Of a stretch of 64,000 bases of DNA, positions 1 through 12,357 are shown one piece after another. Location: assembly GCF_021869535.1 (NCBI RefSeq), contig NW_026262723.1, forward strand, positions 88,722,001-88,786,000, written 5' to 3'. How positions within the stretch are numbered: position 1 is the first letter of the stretch; each line of letters begins with the position of its first letter. The DNA comes from Mytilus californianus (taxonomy: Eukaryota). A model generated the notes under the pieces. That model saw only the letters and a list, made by a program, of their open reading frames with translations, was not told the DNA's origin and did not search any database. Both the position numbers and the translations under genes were made by a program.

Positions 1-580
1 AACAGCCAAACTTCCAATCCTATTCTTTCTCTATCTATGAAAGACTTCAGTGAACAAAAATGATAATATAATTCCCTCACTAAATAATTTACCAGTTATA
101 CAAAGATTATGTTAATTGAAATCTAAAATGACACTTCAGACACAGGCCAGCATAGCAAATGAGTTAGGAAATATGCACGCTGTAAGAAATGCAGAAAGGA
201 ATATCACCGTCCAAATTAGGAAACGAAAAATTAGACTTTAGTCATAAATTGTAGTATAGAGTTTCTGCTTGTAAAACTGATTGCAACATATTCCTGTCCT
301 TCAAAAAGAGTTGATCTAACCTTGACCTCATTGATTTTGATTTTGAAAATGAATATCCAGGCCTGGTAAGAGGTGAAAAGAAATAACCTTGCATAAGACA
401 GGATGAGAATGATAGAATATTCTGCGAATCATTCATGTGCAAAAGTGCAAATAAATTTCTGTGCAGCAAAGCCGCAAAAAAAAATGATAAGCATTAGATG
501 AAAATGAAGTCAATCTGAGAAAAATCCTCCTTTAACCTCCATTTTAAAATGTCTGTATTAGCTAGGTTTTAGACTTTCAA

Positions 581-630
581 GCATCACTGAAGAGACAATT
601 AATTTAATTGTCCAAATACACATCTGGCTC
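581..630 (+). ncRNA. Degenerate minimal (Penelope/retrozyme-type) hammerhead ribozyme relic
   Basis: GCATCA-CTGAAGA-GACAATTA(att)TAATTGTC-CAAA-TACACA-TC-TGGCTC matches the type I hammerhead layout: stem I, CUGANGA core, stem II, GAAA (here CAAA), short stem III, NUC cleavage site, stem I'. The core G is mutated. Confidence 0.5.
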
Positions 631-832
631 AAAAAATTGTTTCCGTTATAATTTATTAGTTTCAGTGTGAATTTTTTTTCTCGCAAAATTACGATTTTTT
701 AACCCTTTTTCACGGTTCACTAAACATAATTAAAAATTGATAGTAACTCTAAAGCACATCAGGTTAAAAGTTTTGGTAAAGGTAGATTTTCATGCAGTTG
801 TGGTCACATCGATCTGAATCTTAGTTTCAAAG

Positions 833-906
833 CACAGACACTTGTCTCTGAAAAAAAAATCCTATATACCTTAATATTATATTTTTTTCAGAGACAAGTG
901 CCTGTG
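833..906. repeat. Small hairpin MITE-like element
   Basis: CACAGACACTTGTCTCTGAAAAAAAAAT ... ATTTTTTTCAGAGACAAGTGCCTGTG inverted arms; an internally deleted copy lies at 57655-57707. Confidence 0.6.
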
Positions 907-1142
907 TTTCAAAGGGATTTGTGTTGATCTTGCTTTTATATAATAGTTATAAGTATTGTTCTTTGTTCTTTTTTATTTTTTGCGTTGCTTATACCAGTTA
1001 CAGTCTTGTCTATCCTTTGTCATGAAAAACGTGTTTCAATTCCAATATTTCAGATTCAGGGTTAGAAAATTTACAAATGGTTTACAAATTTGGTGATAGC
1101 TTAGGGTTAGATAAAGAGTCAATAACAAATCCACTATTATAA

Positions 1143-1494
1143 GTTATATGGTTCGCTACTGACCCCCTACGGATCCATAGAGGGTTAGTAAAATCCATAG
1201 GGGGTGAGGCCGAAGGCCGAATATCCTATGGATTTTATTCACCCTCTTTGGTCCGTAGGGGGTCAGTAGTGAACTGTATAACGAATTTATCGCACGCGGG
1301 ACTTTTTCTGCTGTGTTTTGTAGAAAAATAAACAATGAAACACAACAACATTAATAGATGACGTCACCATTTACAGTAGACGTGACGTCATGAACCCCCT
1401 ATGAAATTTCTAACCCCCTACGGATCCATAGGGGGTCACCACGTGACAGCGTTAAACCAATCACAACGTGATAATTTACCCGCGGTGCGATAAT
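1143..1494. mobile_element. Long-hairpin non-autonomous element H1 (Crypton-derivative-like)
   Basis: About 60-bp imperfect arms at 1143-1282 around loop GAGGCCGAAGGCCGAA. Adjacent module bounded by IR TTATCGCACGCGGG (1287) / CCCGCGGTGCGATAA (1479), with a second arm copy (1414) and CCAATCA (1457). Confidence 0.65.
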
Positions 1495-1534
1495 GATTGA
1501 TAACTTATTCCTTGATATAACTAAATAACATTTT

Positions 1535-1735
1535 ATATGAGTAACATGACGGGTGTCATATGTGGAGCAGGATCTGCTAACCTTTCTGAAGCACCTGAGA
1601 CCACCTCTGGTTTTTGGTTGGGTTCATGTGGCTCAGTTTTGACTTTTCTCTGTTGTGTTTTGTGTACTGATGTTTGTCTTTTCATCGTTTTTCATTTTTT
1701 GCCATGGCTTTATCAGTTTGTCTATCGATTTACAG
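1535..1735 (+). repeat. Abundant interspersed LINE-tail/SINE-like repeat (GAGTAACA..GGAGCAGGATCTGC..CACCTGAG family)
   Basis: Recognised from memory as a common bivalve repeat; explains spurious ORF 1537-1788. Confidence 0.45.
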
Positions 1736-2630
1736 TTGCGAATCTAGCCATTTTTAAAAGGGGGCTCCAACAAATCCAAGTCATATAAAAAGGGGGTTCC
1801 TACCATATATCCCTTTACAAAAGCATTAGTTGTCCAACAAAAAAGGGGGGTGTTCCAACACCTGGATAAATCTTGAACAGGTAAAGGGAGTTTCAAAGCA
1901 ATGCATAAATTAACTGCACTGACACAAATATAGTTCCTCGATCCTTAGCTGATTAACGGCGGTGCTCTTTACATAGGAGGTTCTTACGTACGTAGACAGG
2001 AAGAAGTTATTAACGTTTATTTAAAGTATCTTTCCCTTCTCTTTGTAGGTTCCTGCTTACGGATTTTTTTCTGGGAAAAACGGTGTGTGAAACTTTATTT
2101 TAAGGGGATATACAGAACTGTACAACATTTACTCATGTTTCATATAGCATTTGCTATTAAAGTCGAAGTCTGTTAAAGAGTTGACGTCTTTAAAGATCAG
2201 ATTTCTACAGTTGTATAGATCTATTATTTATATATGATTACTCGGCCCATAAGTACTTGTAACAAATTTTGGTTATAAAATAATCAGCCTATAACTAACA
2301 TGGACTATAAGACAAATATAAAAAAGATTATTATGCCTCACAGTATAATAGAATAAATCTATTGGCTAATAAAAGATCATATGGTGTCACTGTGAATAGA
2401 CAACTTTCGAGTTATGTCCTTCACCGGAAAAGTGTGTCAATTAGGCATGCCTTTTAGTTTATGATGTCATTTACCAGATAGAGTGGACCACTCCTATCCC
2501 TGCACTATTGAAGTTCATCCAGCGTTTTCGTGATCGTCATTATGCAGGCTAATCTAGAAATAATGTTTGTTCTGTAGGTACTTAATCACAATTTCCTAAT
2601 GACAGCAGTGCTGATTATCCATTATAAGAA

Positions 2631-3025
2631 TTTATTACATTGGTAGCATTGAATTACATTGATTTCCCAGTCAAATAAAAACCGATAATTTCACATGTGA
2701 AATAAACGTGGTTATTTCACTCTCTGACGTCATACAACAATAGGCGTTGTCAAGACGTCGATTATGTCGGATCAAAACAAATTGTGAATGCGTAGAAAAA
2801 AGATATAGTTCCTTACATTTTCTACATTAATTTCATTAAAAAAAGCCATTTGCCAATGTAATAAAAAGAATAACTAATCAAAGAATTCAAATATCGAAAA
2901 ATATTCAACTCGTGACCGAACAACACTGATAATTAACTCATGCGCTACGCTCATTCGTGAATTAAAGTGTTGTTCGGTCACTCGTTGAATATTTTTCTGT
3001 ATTTGAATTCTTCAATTAGTTATTC
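2631..3025. mobile_element. Long-hairpin element H2 (opposite orientation to H1)
   Basis: Hairpin 2868-3025 with loop ACTCATGCGCTACGCTCATTCGT; left module bounded by TTTATTACATTGG (2631) / CCAATGTAATAAA (2853). Confidence 0.6.
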
Positions 3026-4539
3026 TATAATTAATTTGCCGAATAATTCGTGCAATAAAGCATCATATTTTTGCAACTGCTTGCTCAACATGTGAAGGAA
3101 GTGATGATGCCCCTAAACGCATGAATGATGTTCACTAAAAACAAATTTTTTGACTGAAATGCAACAAACTCGAATGTGGTTTATTAATTTGGACATTTTC
3201 AAATATGTAAGGCCAGTGAATCAGCTTGACAAAATATAATGTCCGGTGGTGAGGCCAATATTTGTTTGGTATAATAAAACAGTTATGGCTGTATGAGTCG
3301 GGAGATATCCTAAATTGTCAATAGTGCTTATAATAAGGGTTATTCCCTTCTGACTAAAGCCCTTGGTGAAATGACCCTTAGCAGGGTTGACAATTTTGGA
3401 TATCCCCCTCATCAGAGGGCAGTAATTGTATTTTATGAAAACGGTATCTTATTATTATTTAGTTTATTCCAAGAAAAAAAAGGCTGAGTTACATGTATCC
3501 ATAAATGTCATATTGTAAGGCAAAGTTTCTGCGCTATCCAACATACATTTTTGTACTTTCATTTTCCAGTAGAAGTCAAAATTTTTTGCCCTTCATCCCA
3601 GTTGGCCTACTTGGTAGATTCTACAATGTACCATCTGTATTAGTTGTTACAGTTATTTGTTTACATCCAGAATTTGCATGAACTATTTGCTACTGGACAT
3701 TTATCGCATACAATACAGAAGATATCTTGCATTGATTTTTCCATGAAATTTCAAAATAAATTTAATTGCGATATCCACTTGGCAAATATGCAAAGAAAAA
3801 TATTCTTTGAGCCCTTCATGACTTAATTTTTCAAGATAGTTCACTTTTTTTTTCGTTTGTTTGAGTTAAAAAAAAAAAATTGCATTTCAATACTTTCCCA
3901 AAGAAAAAAATTAAGTCAACTTACAAACAGATAATATGTTTGGGAAATCATGAAATTATTGATAATAAAAAGCCTTTAGACAATTTTCTTGCCTCTGCAA
4001 ATCCTGCCATTGATTTATTTCTTCCAATTTTTATATAACATTTTGAAAGCAGTATAGAATCAACTGCAAAAGAAGAAAAGGGGTGGGTGGAGGTCCATGA
4101 GCATATTTTAGAGCTAAAAACAAAAAACCTATTTTTTAAATGCTGGAAGTTCCATAAATTTGTCTTTATGGTGCTAGATTATGTTGTATTGTATTCTTAT
4201 TTCATGATCTTGGTACAACTATTCCCGCCTTACATCTAAACATTTAATACACAGATAACTTTCATAAGGTAAAAAAAACTTAATGATAGAAAAGTAACCT
4301 GTCTTGAATTACCTTGAACTTTATGTTCCCACAGTAGATTTTGCATGTTTGAATATACAGCATGCTCTGTTACCTTTGCAACTGCTTTTAAATTCATATG
4401 ACCTATTTGAGTGAATTTTCCATGAATTTTGGTTGCTAAATATAAGCAATGTTACAAAAACAACACTTTAAATTTGGATAGATCATTACCTTCACCTGTT
4501 ACCTGATCTTATGATATAATAAGTTAATGATATTACTTT

Positions 4540-4770
4540 TGTGGACATCCTTACCAGAATGGGGATGTTAAATCAGATGCTTCATGTAGGGCGAATTCCA
4601 CTCTCTCTCTCCATGTTAAAGATCCCTTGCAACAACTCTCGGAGGGGTCTGTAGGTTTCCTGTTGCAAGGAAAAATTATTGACATTATCCAACATACCCC
4701 CATTTTCTATTGACACTTTATTTTCCTCCAGCATTTTTTTGTCCAGTGACCTTAGGATATAGCTGTCAGC

Positions 4771-4815
<45 letters not shown>

Positions 4816-4882
4816 AAACCATTGTCATCTTGAATATGCATGAAATGTGTGCCACTGTACATTTTAAGCAAAAATCAATCAA
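4540..4882 (+). mobile_element. 5'-truncated Deu/Nin-domain SINE with internal (TA)n microsatellite
   Basis: GGATGTTAAA...CTCTCTCT..GTTAAAGATCCCTTGCAACAACTC resembles the Deu domain; tail GAATATGCATGAAAT..GCCACTG shared with other SINEs here; (TA) run of about 19 units at 4774-4812; homologue on the - strand at 56932-57335. Confidence 0.6.
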
Positions 4883-5450
4883 TATTTATTTATGGTTTTA
4901 ACTAAATTCTTCGCACAAGCCTATAGAAAATTTATATTTTGTTGAAGACTGAATTTCATTGTTGACCAACTGGTATATGGGAGTGTAGCAAAACAGTATA
5001 GGATTTGATTATGCAATGCATTCCACTTTTGAAATTTTAAATACTGTTTTTGTTTCGGCAGTATACTAGCAAGCTTATTTGAAGACCAGATCCATCATCT
5101 GCCTCAGCACATTTTCGTGACTAATCATCAGCCTGTCTGACTATCGTACTATTGGACCATTGGACTACAGACTGTCGGACTACTGGACTGTCAGATTATA
5201 GGTCTGACCCCAACCTGCACACCACAAATAACAATGCATCCACATTATGCTCTTCTTTAACACCTATTATATATTCCGGTTCTAGTGGAAATTTCATACT
5301 GCCATCTGGGACAAATACATAAATCTATTTGTCTATTGGTGTAATATCATTTTGAAGAAATGGGTAAATAAATTTTTTCTAATGATAAAAAAAATTCAGC
5401 ATTATTTATTTTTGTATTTTTTTTCATTTACAGAACTTTCCAGTTTCACG

Positions 5451-6149
5451 ATGTCAACACCAAGAAAATGCTTGAGTGGAAAAATTGGTCCCTCAATTCT
5501 TAATTCTGACCTTTCTACACTGGCTTCAGAATGTCAAAGAATGCTAGATAGTGGTGCAGATTATCTTCATTTAGATGTTATGGATGGTCATTTTGTACCA
5601 AATTTAACTTTTGGCCACCCAATTGTTAAATGTCTCAGACCCAAAATGCCAAATGCAATGTTTGAAATGCACATGATGGTAGAGCCTGCAGAAAGATGGA
5701 TTGAAGATATGGCAGCCAGTGGAGCAAATATGTATACATTTCATTTTGAAGCAACACAGGATGTTCCTGGATGTGTGAGGAAAATAAAAGAGGCTGGCAT
5801 GAAGGCTGGAATAAGTATTAAACCTGGTACAAAAGTTGAGGTTTTGGATCCATTTATTGACCTTGTAGACACAGTTTTGATAATGACAGTTGAACCAGGA
5901 TTTGGAGGTCAAAAGTTCATGGCAGACATGATGCCTAAAATAGAATATTTGAGAGAGCGTTTTAGTGATTTAGATATAGGTGTAGATGGTGGAGTTAGTC
6001 TGGATACAATTCAAATGTGTGCAAATGCAGGTGCTAATATGATAGTTTCTGGCAGTGCATTAATGAAAAGTGATAATCCAAGAGAAGTAATGCAAACTTT
6101 GAGGAACACAGTAGAGGATTCAATACAAAAATCTCAACTTGAACGATAA
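5451..6149 (+). CDS. RPE: Ribulose-phosphate 3-epimerase (232 aa), single coding exon
   Basis: Motifs IGPSIL, ADYLHLDVMDGHFVPNLTFG, MHMMV, G(I)SIKPGT, VLIMTVEPGFGGQKFM, IGVDGG, AGANMIVSGS; metal ligands H-x-D, H and D present. The ORF-track start (TTG 5352) lies in intron; splice acceptor TTTTCATTTACAG ends at 5433 and the ATG is at 5451. Confidence 0.96.
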   Translation: MSTPRKCLSGKIGPSILNSDLSTLASECQRMLDSGADYLHLDVMDGHFVPNLTFGHPIVKCLRPKMPNAMFEMHMMVEPAERWIEDMAASGANMYTFHFEATQDVPGCVRKIKEAGMKAGISIKPGTKVEVLDPFIDLVDTVLIMTVEPGFGGQKFMADMMPKIEYLRERFSDLDIGVDGGVSLDTIQMCANAGANMIVSGSALMKSDNPREVMQTLRNTVEDSIQKSQLER

Positions 6150-6920
6150 AATTAGTAGCTAAGCCACTTTTAATTTGAAATTTGTTATGTTCATACTTAT
6201 GATCTGAAAAACTAGAACATGATGATGTCATGATGAAGCATAATTTTCACTTTAGCATTGAAGTGTATTGAGGATCTATATATCTAATCACTATTGATAA
6301 CAAAGTTAATCCTCTATATTGATTGATTCTTTCAATGATGTAAAAATAACAGAAAAATAATCGAAAATATTAGTTTTTATATATTGTTTTGTTATCTCAA
6401 TTGAAATAATGAACAGACATTTCCAGAAAGCATACATGTAATATGAAATGATTCCTTTAAGAATTCTTTCTGCCTACAGTATTTTTACTTTTATTTTGTA
6501 AGTTTATTTCTGAAAAAAAAACTTGAAACAAATCATTTACATTGGTGTTCTGTTGTTTCTAAGCATCAGTTCAAATTGAATATAAATCTTCAGTCAACAG
6601 TTACTTTGGAAATTGTTTAGCATTTTAAATGGAAAAAAATATTGAGATTTGTTATGGTTGCAAATAAGACAACTATTCACCAGAGACCAAAGGACAAGGA
6701 TGTAAACAGCTAATGGTTACTGTATTACCTCCAAGGTTGTTTTATCTCCTGTTGTTAGGTGAATCTGTCCATTTGTTTACCTGCTATATCTCATTTTTGA
6801 ACTTTTTGTTTTAACAATGATTATGTAAGTTTGAATGTTGTCACTTGTAAATGATGCCTTGAATTCAAGAAAAGGTAGGTATGGATTTATATTCCTTTAA
6901 AATCTTTAGAAAAAAGTATA

Positions 6921-7245
6921 TTTTTAGCTCACCTGGTCCAAACTACCAATGCCAATTGGAACCAAACTTGGCCACAAATCATCCTTGGGGTATCTAGTTT
7001 TTAAAATTGTGTCCAACAAATGTTTCTGCCAACCAACATGACTAAAAATGGACCATAGGGGTAAAATTCAAATTTTGTCTATTATCTTGAAAACTCCTGT
7101 AGAAAGAGAACATCTGACATGGACACAAATGAACAGAATGTTGAAATCTACCTGCTGTCTATTTACCTCAAAACTGTCAGAAGACCTCTTACAGGATATA
7201 TATATAGGAGTTATTGTTATTGCCCTTAAATGACTAATTTTACCA
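6921..7245 (+). mobile_element. HINE-like (Helentron-associated) element fragment, family A
   Basis: Starts TTTTTAGCTCACCTGG; internal unit TATTATCTTGAAAAC...GGAGTTATTGCCCTT also arrayed at 16820-16980 and 17720-19590. Confidence 0.5.
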
Positions 7246-7247
7246 AA

Positions 7248-7846
7248 TTTTTATGCCCCCGCCGAAGTGGAGGGGGCATTAAATTTTACCCTTGTCCGTC
7301 TGTACGTCCGTCCGTATGTCCCAAAATTGGTTTCCGTTCTCTAACTTTAGTTTGCCTCAACCAAATGTCATTAAACTTATACACAATGCTTATCACAACA
7401 AAACACAGATCAAGTTTGAATTTTTATGGTGTCACTTTTACCGTTCTAGAGTTATGCCCCTTTACAAATGGAAAACTTGCTGAATTTTTTGTTTCCATTC
7501 TCTAACTTAAGTTTGCCTCAACCAAATAATATGAAACTTATACACAATGCTAATCACCACAAAACACAGATCAAGTTTGAATTTTAGTGGTGTCACTTTT
7601 ACCGTTCTAGAGTACTGTTATGCACCTTTACAAATGGAAATATTGCTGAATTTTTCGTTCCTGTTCTCTAACTTTAGTGTGCCCCAACTTATTGTTATGA
7701 AACTTATAAACAATGCTTATTACCACAAAACTCAGATCAAGTACAAACTTGGGTAGCGTCACTTTTACAGTTCTTGAGTAATATCCCTTTATAATGTTAC
7801 ATGCAAGCGGGGGCATCATCTGTGTCCCATGGACACATTCCTCATT
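7248..7846 (+). mobile_element. Full HINE-like element, family B (about 3 central ~160-bp repeats)
   Basis: 5' TTTTTATGCCCC, GTCC microsatellite, tandem ~160-bp units, 3' GGGGGCATCA sub-TIR and terminal hairpin TGTGTCC-CAT-GGACACA; second copy at 36841-37543. Confidence 0.75.
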
Positions 7847-9991
7847 TATTTTCATTTTTATATGACTGCAAAATTTTTGCGTTCGTATAATGTTATCACA
7901 TCTGCATAGTCGTCGTCAGAAGACATTTGGTTTCCAGACAATAACTTGGGTATAAGTGTTTGGATCTCTATGAAATTTTACCACAAGGTACCATACCACA
8001 ACAGGAAGGTAGGGATTGATTTTGGGGTTTATTGTCCTATTTGTTTAGGAATTAGGGGCCAAAAACGAGCATTTTTCTTGTTTCAGGACAATAACTTGTG
8101 TATGGATCTCTATGAAATTGTATCACAAAGTTCTTTACCTCAAAAGGAAGATTGGAATTGATTTTGGGGGTTATGGCCCAAACCATTTAGGAATTAGGAG
8201 CCAAAAAGGGGTGAAAAAAACCTAGGATTTTCATGTTTCCAGACAATAACTTGGGTATAAGTCAATGGATCTCTAGGAAATTATACCACAAGGTTCAATA
8301 CCAAAAAAAGAAAGTTGTGTATGATATTGGGGTTTATGGCCCTAACTGTTTGGGAAAAAGGGGCCAAAAATAATACTTTTTAATACTTTGTATAAATTGC
8401 TTATTTCTTGAGCATTTCAATGAGGTTTATTTCAAAGTCTTGAAATCTTGGGGTTCTTTAATATACTTAATCTAACCATGTATTTAGATTTTGGATTTTT
8501 GGACACTATATTTAAATTGGTCCACATTGAGGGTCCATTATTAAAGTTTGTTTGATTTCAACAAAAGTTGAATTCCTGGGGTTCTTTGATATGCTGAATC
8601 TAACCATGTAATTTAGATTTTTGATTTTGGGCCTGGTTTTCAAATTGGTTTACATTAAGGTCCAAAGTGTCCAAAATTAAAACTTAGTTTGATTTTAATA
8701 AAAATTGAATTCAAGGGTTTTTTGATATGCTGAATCTTAAGGTGTATTTAGAATTCTGATTTAGGGCCCAGTTTTCAAGTTGGTCCAAATAAGGGTCCAA
8801 AATTAAACTTTGTTTGATTTTAACAAAAATTGGTATTATGAGGTTCTTTGATATGCTGAAACTAACTGTGTATTTATATTTTTGATTGTTTGCCCCATTA
8901 TCAAAATGGTCCGAATTGAGGTACAAAGGGTTCAAAATGAAACTTTGTTTGATTTCATCAAAAATTGAATTCTTGGGGTGATTTGATATCCTGAATCTAA
9001 CCATGTATTTAGATTTTGGATATTGGACTATGATAGGTAAAAGTCCAATTTCATTTTTTTAAGTTCTTAGAAAACATTCATTCTGTGTCAGAAACCTATG
9101 CTATGTCAAATATTTAATCACAATCCAAATTCAGAGCTGTATTGCACAATTAATAGAAATTGTTAGTAGATTCATAGTTAAAAATAGATATAGCATCATA
9201 TTATACTTTTAGAAATTATGTATTAATATAGTTTGAAATTTACTGTACATTATTAGATATTTGAAAAATAATCATCATCCGAAGACACATTTGGTTTCCA
9301 GACAATAACTTTAGTTTAAGCAAATGGATCTCTATGAAATTTTACCAGAAGGTTCAATACCATAAAAGGAAGGTTGGGATTGATTTTGGGGGTTATGGTT
9401 CCAACAGTTTAGGAATTAGGGGCCAAAAACAAGCATTTTTATACGACTGCAAAAAAATTTTGCGGTCGTGTATGACGTTGTCGTCGTCGTTGTTGTCGTC
9501 GTTGTCGTCGTCGTCCGAAGACACATTGGTTTTCGCACTCTAACTTTAGTTTAAGTGAATGGATCTCTATGAAATTTAACCATAAGGTTCAATACCACAA
9601 AAGGAAGAATGGGATTGATTTTGGGGGTTATGGTACCAACAGTTAAGGAATTAGGGGCCAAAAAGGGGCCAAAAATAAGCATTTTGTAACTTCCAGACAT
9701 AACTTGAGTGTTAGTGTATGGATCTCTCTGACATTGTACCACAAGGTTCCATATCACACAGGGAATGCTGGGATTGATTTTGGGGGTAATTGCCTCAAAA
9801 TTTTAGGAAAAAAGGGGCAAAAAACAAGCATTTTTCTAGTTTCATGACAATAACTTGTGTGTAAGTGTATGGATCTTTCTGAAATTGTACTACAAGGTTC
9901 CATATCACAAAGGGAAAGCTGGAATTGAGTTTGGGGGTAATTGCCCAAAACGTTTAGGAATAAGGGGCCAAAAAGGGGCCAAAAATAAGCA

Positions 9992-10667
9992 TTTTTGTCG
10001 AGCCTTCGACTTTTGTCGAAAAAGCGAGACATAGCGATCCTACATTCCGTCTTCGTTGTCGTCGGCGGCGTCCACAAATATTCACTCTGTGGTTAAAGTT
10101 TTTGAAATTTTAATAACTTTCTTAAACTATCCTGGATTTCTACCAAACTTGGAAAGAAGCTTGTTTATGATCATAAGATAGTATCCAGAAGTAAATTTTG
10201 TAAAAAAAAAAATCCATTTTTTCCGTATTTTACTTATAAATGGACTTAGTTTTTCTGCCAGTTAACATTACATTCACTCTGTGGTTAAAGTTTTTAAAAT
10301 TTTAACAACTTTCTTAAACTATCCTGGATTTGTACCACACTTGGACAGAAGCTTGTTTATGATCAAAAGTTAGTATTTAGAAGTAAATTTTGATAAAATT
10401 TTGTTCCATTTTTTCTGTATTTTACTTATAAATGGACTTAGTTTTTCTTCCAGTTAACTTTACATACAGTCTGCAATTAAAGTTTTATAAACATTTATTA
10501 GATTCAAAAACCATCCTGGATTTTTACCAAACTTGGACAGAAGCTACTTACAATCAAAAGATAGTATAGAGAGGAATATTTTTATTAATTTTTTTCCTCA
10601 TTTTTGTTGAGCCTGCGATTAACAGCAAAAGTAGGCGAGACACTGGGTTCCGTGGAACCCTCACAAA
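9992..10667 (+). mobile_element. HINE-like family D element nested in a T-tract of a family C unit
   Basis: 5' TTTTTGTCGAGCC, 3' AGGCGAGACA followed by hairpin GGGTTCC-GT-GGAACCC. The host unit AAGCATTTTT|CTAGTTTC is split at its T run. Confidence 0.7.
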
Positions 10668-12357
10668 TTTTTCTAGTTTCCAGACAATAACTTGTGTTCA
10701 AGTGTATGGATCTCTCTGAAATTGTACTGCAAGGTACCATACCACAAAGGGAAGGCTGGGATTGAGTTTGGGGGTGATGAATCATAAGGGGGTTCAAAAA
10801 ATTGGGGGGGGGGGGGGGGGGGGGGGTTCCTTTTTTTCCTTTTTTTTTCTTTTAAACTTTTCCATTTTAAGTTGGTTATTTCTGTTTTATATTTAAAAGC
10901 AAATAATAATGATATGGTAGGAGATACACACCAAACAGGATGTGTAAATTATTATATAATAAGTATTGAGCAAGAAATTCAATTGCACAGTATTGCACAA
11001 TAGCAAGAAATCTTCAATTGCACAGTATTGCGCAATAGCAAGAAATCTTCAATTGCACAGTATTGTGCAATAGCAAGAAATATCCAATAGCACAATATTG
11101 CGCAATAGCAAGAAATTGTCAATTGTACAGTACATGTATTGCGCAATAGCAAGAAATATTCAATTGCACAGTATTGTGCAAAAGAAGATACTTCGTATAA
11201 ATTGCTTATTTCTTGACCAATTTCAATGGGGTTTTATTCTTGAATTCTTGGGGTTCTTTAATATGCTGATTCTAACCATGTATTAAGTTTTTGGATTTTG
11301 GGCCCCGTTTTTAAATTGGTCCACATTGAGGTCCAAAGGGTCCAAAATTAAACTTTGTTTGATTTCATCAAAAATTGAATTATTGGGGTTCTTTGATATG
11401 CCGAATCTAACCGTGTATTTAGATTCTTAATTTTTGGTTCCGTTTTCAAATTGGTCTACATTAAGGTCCAAAGGGTCCAAAATTAAACTTAGTTTGATTT
11501 TAACAAAAATTGAATTTTTAGGGTTCTTTGATATGCTGAATCTAAACATGTATTTAGATTTTTGATTATGGGTCCCATTATCAACTTTGTCCACATTGAG
11601 GTCAAAAGGGTCCAAAATTAAACTTTGTTCGATTTCATCAAAAATTGAATTCTTGCGGTTCTTTGATATGCTGAATCTAACCATGTATTTAGATTTTGGA
11701 TATTGGACCATTATAGGTGAATGTCCAATTTAAAATTTTTAAGTTCTTAGACCACATTCATTCTGTGTCAGAAACCTATGCTGTGTCAAATATTTAATCA
11801 CAATCCAAATTCAGAGCTGTATCAAGCTTGAATGTTGTGTCCATACTTGCCCCAACTGTTCAGGGTTCGACCTCTGCGGTCGTATCAAGCTGCGCCCTGC
11901 GGAACATTTTATTGTAGTTTCCCGACAATAACTTATGTGTAAGTGTATGGATCTCTGAAATTGTATTTTTTTCCTGAAAAGAAAATAATATTCAAAATTT
12001 CAAAAAACATTTAGGGGGGATTTTTTTTCAAATTTTTTTTTGGGGGTTTTATATTTTTTTTCTTCAAATTTTGTTCAAATTTATTTTTTTTGGGGGGGGG
12101 TTCAATTCTTTTTTGGTGGTTTCATCCTATTTTTCTTCAAGATTTTTCGAAATTTCAAATTTTTTCAAAAAAGTTTTTTTTTTGGGGGGGGGGGGGGGTG
12201 GGGAGACAATTTTTTTTGGGGGATTTTTTTTTTTTCATAATTATTTGGGTTTTTTTTCCCAAAAATTTTCCATTTTTACATTGATTATTTCTGATTTATG
12301 TATAAAGGAACAAATACTGATATGGCAGGAGATGCACACCAAACAGGGTATACATAT

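Noticed and set aside
242-469. 75-aa minus-strand ORF and nearby possible exons
   Set aside because: No recognisable motif; starts at a non-ATG codon; I could not build a consistent splice chain on either strand.
5352-5450. N-terminal extension of RPE in the ORF track
   Set aside because: TTG start inside a pyrimidine tract and acceptor; this is intronic or UTR sequence.
11990-12270. Poly-G/poly-T low-complexity ORFs (also 10800-10850, 19720-19750, 26760-26900, 50050-50075)
   Set aside because: Homopolymer runs inside repeats, possibly inflated by sequencing error; not coding.
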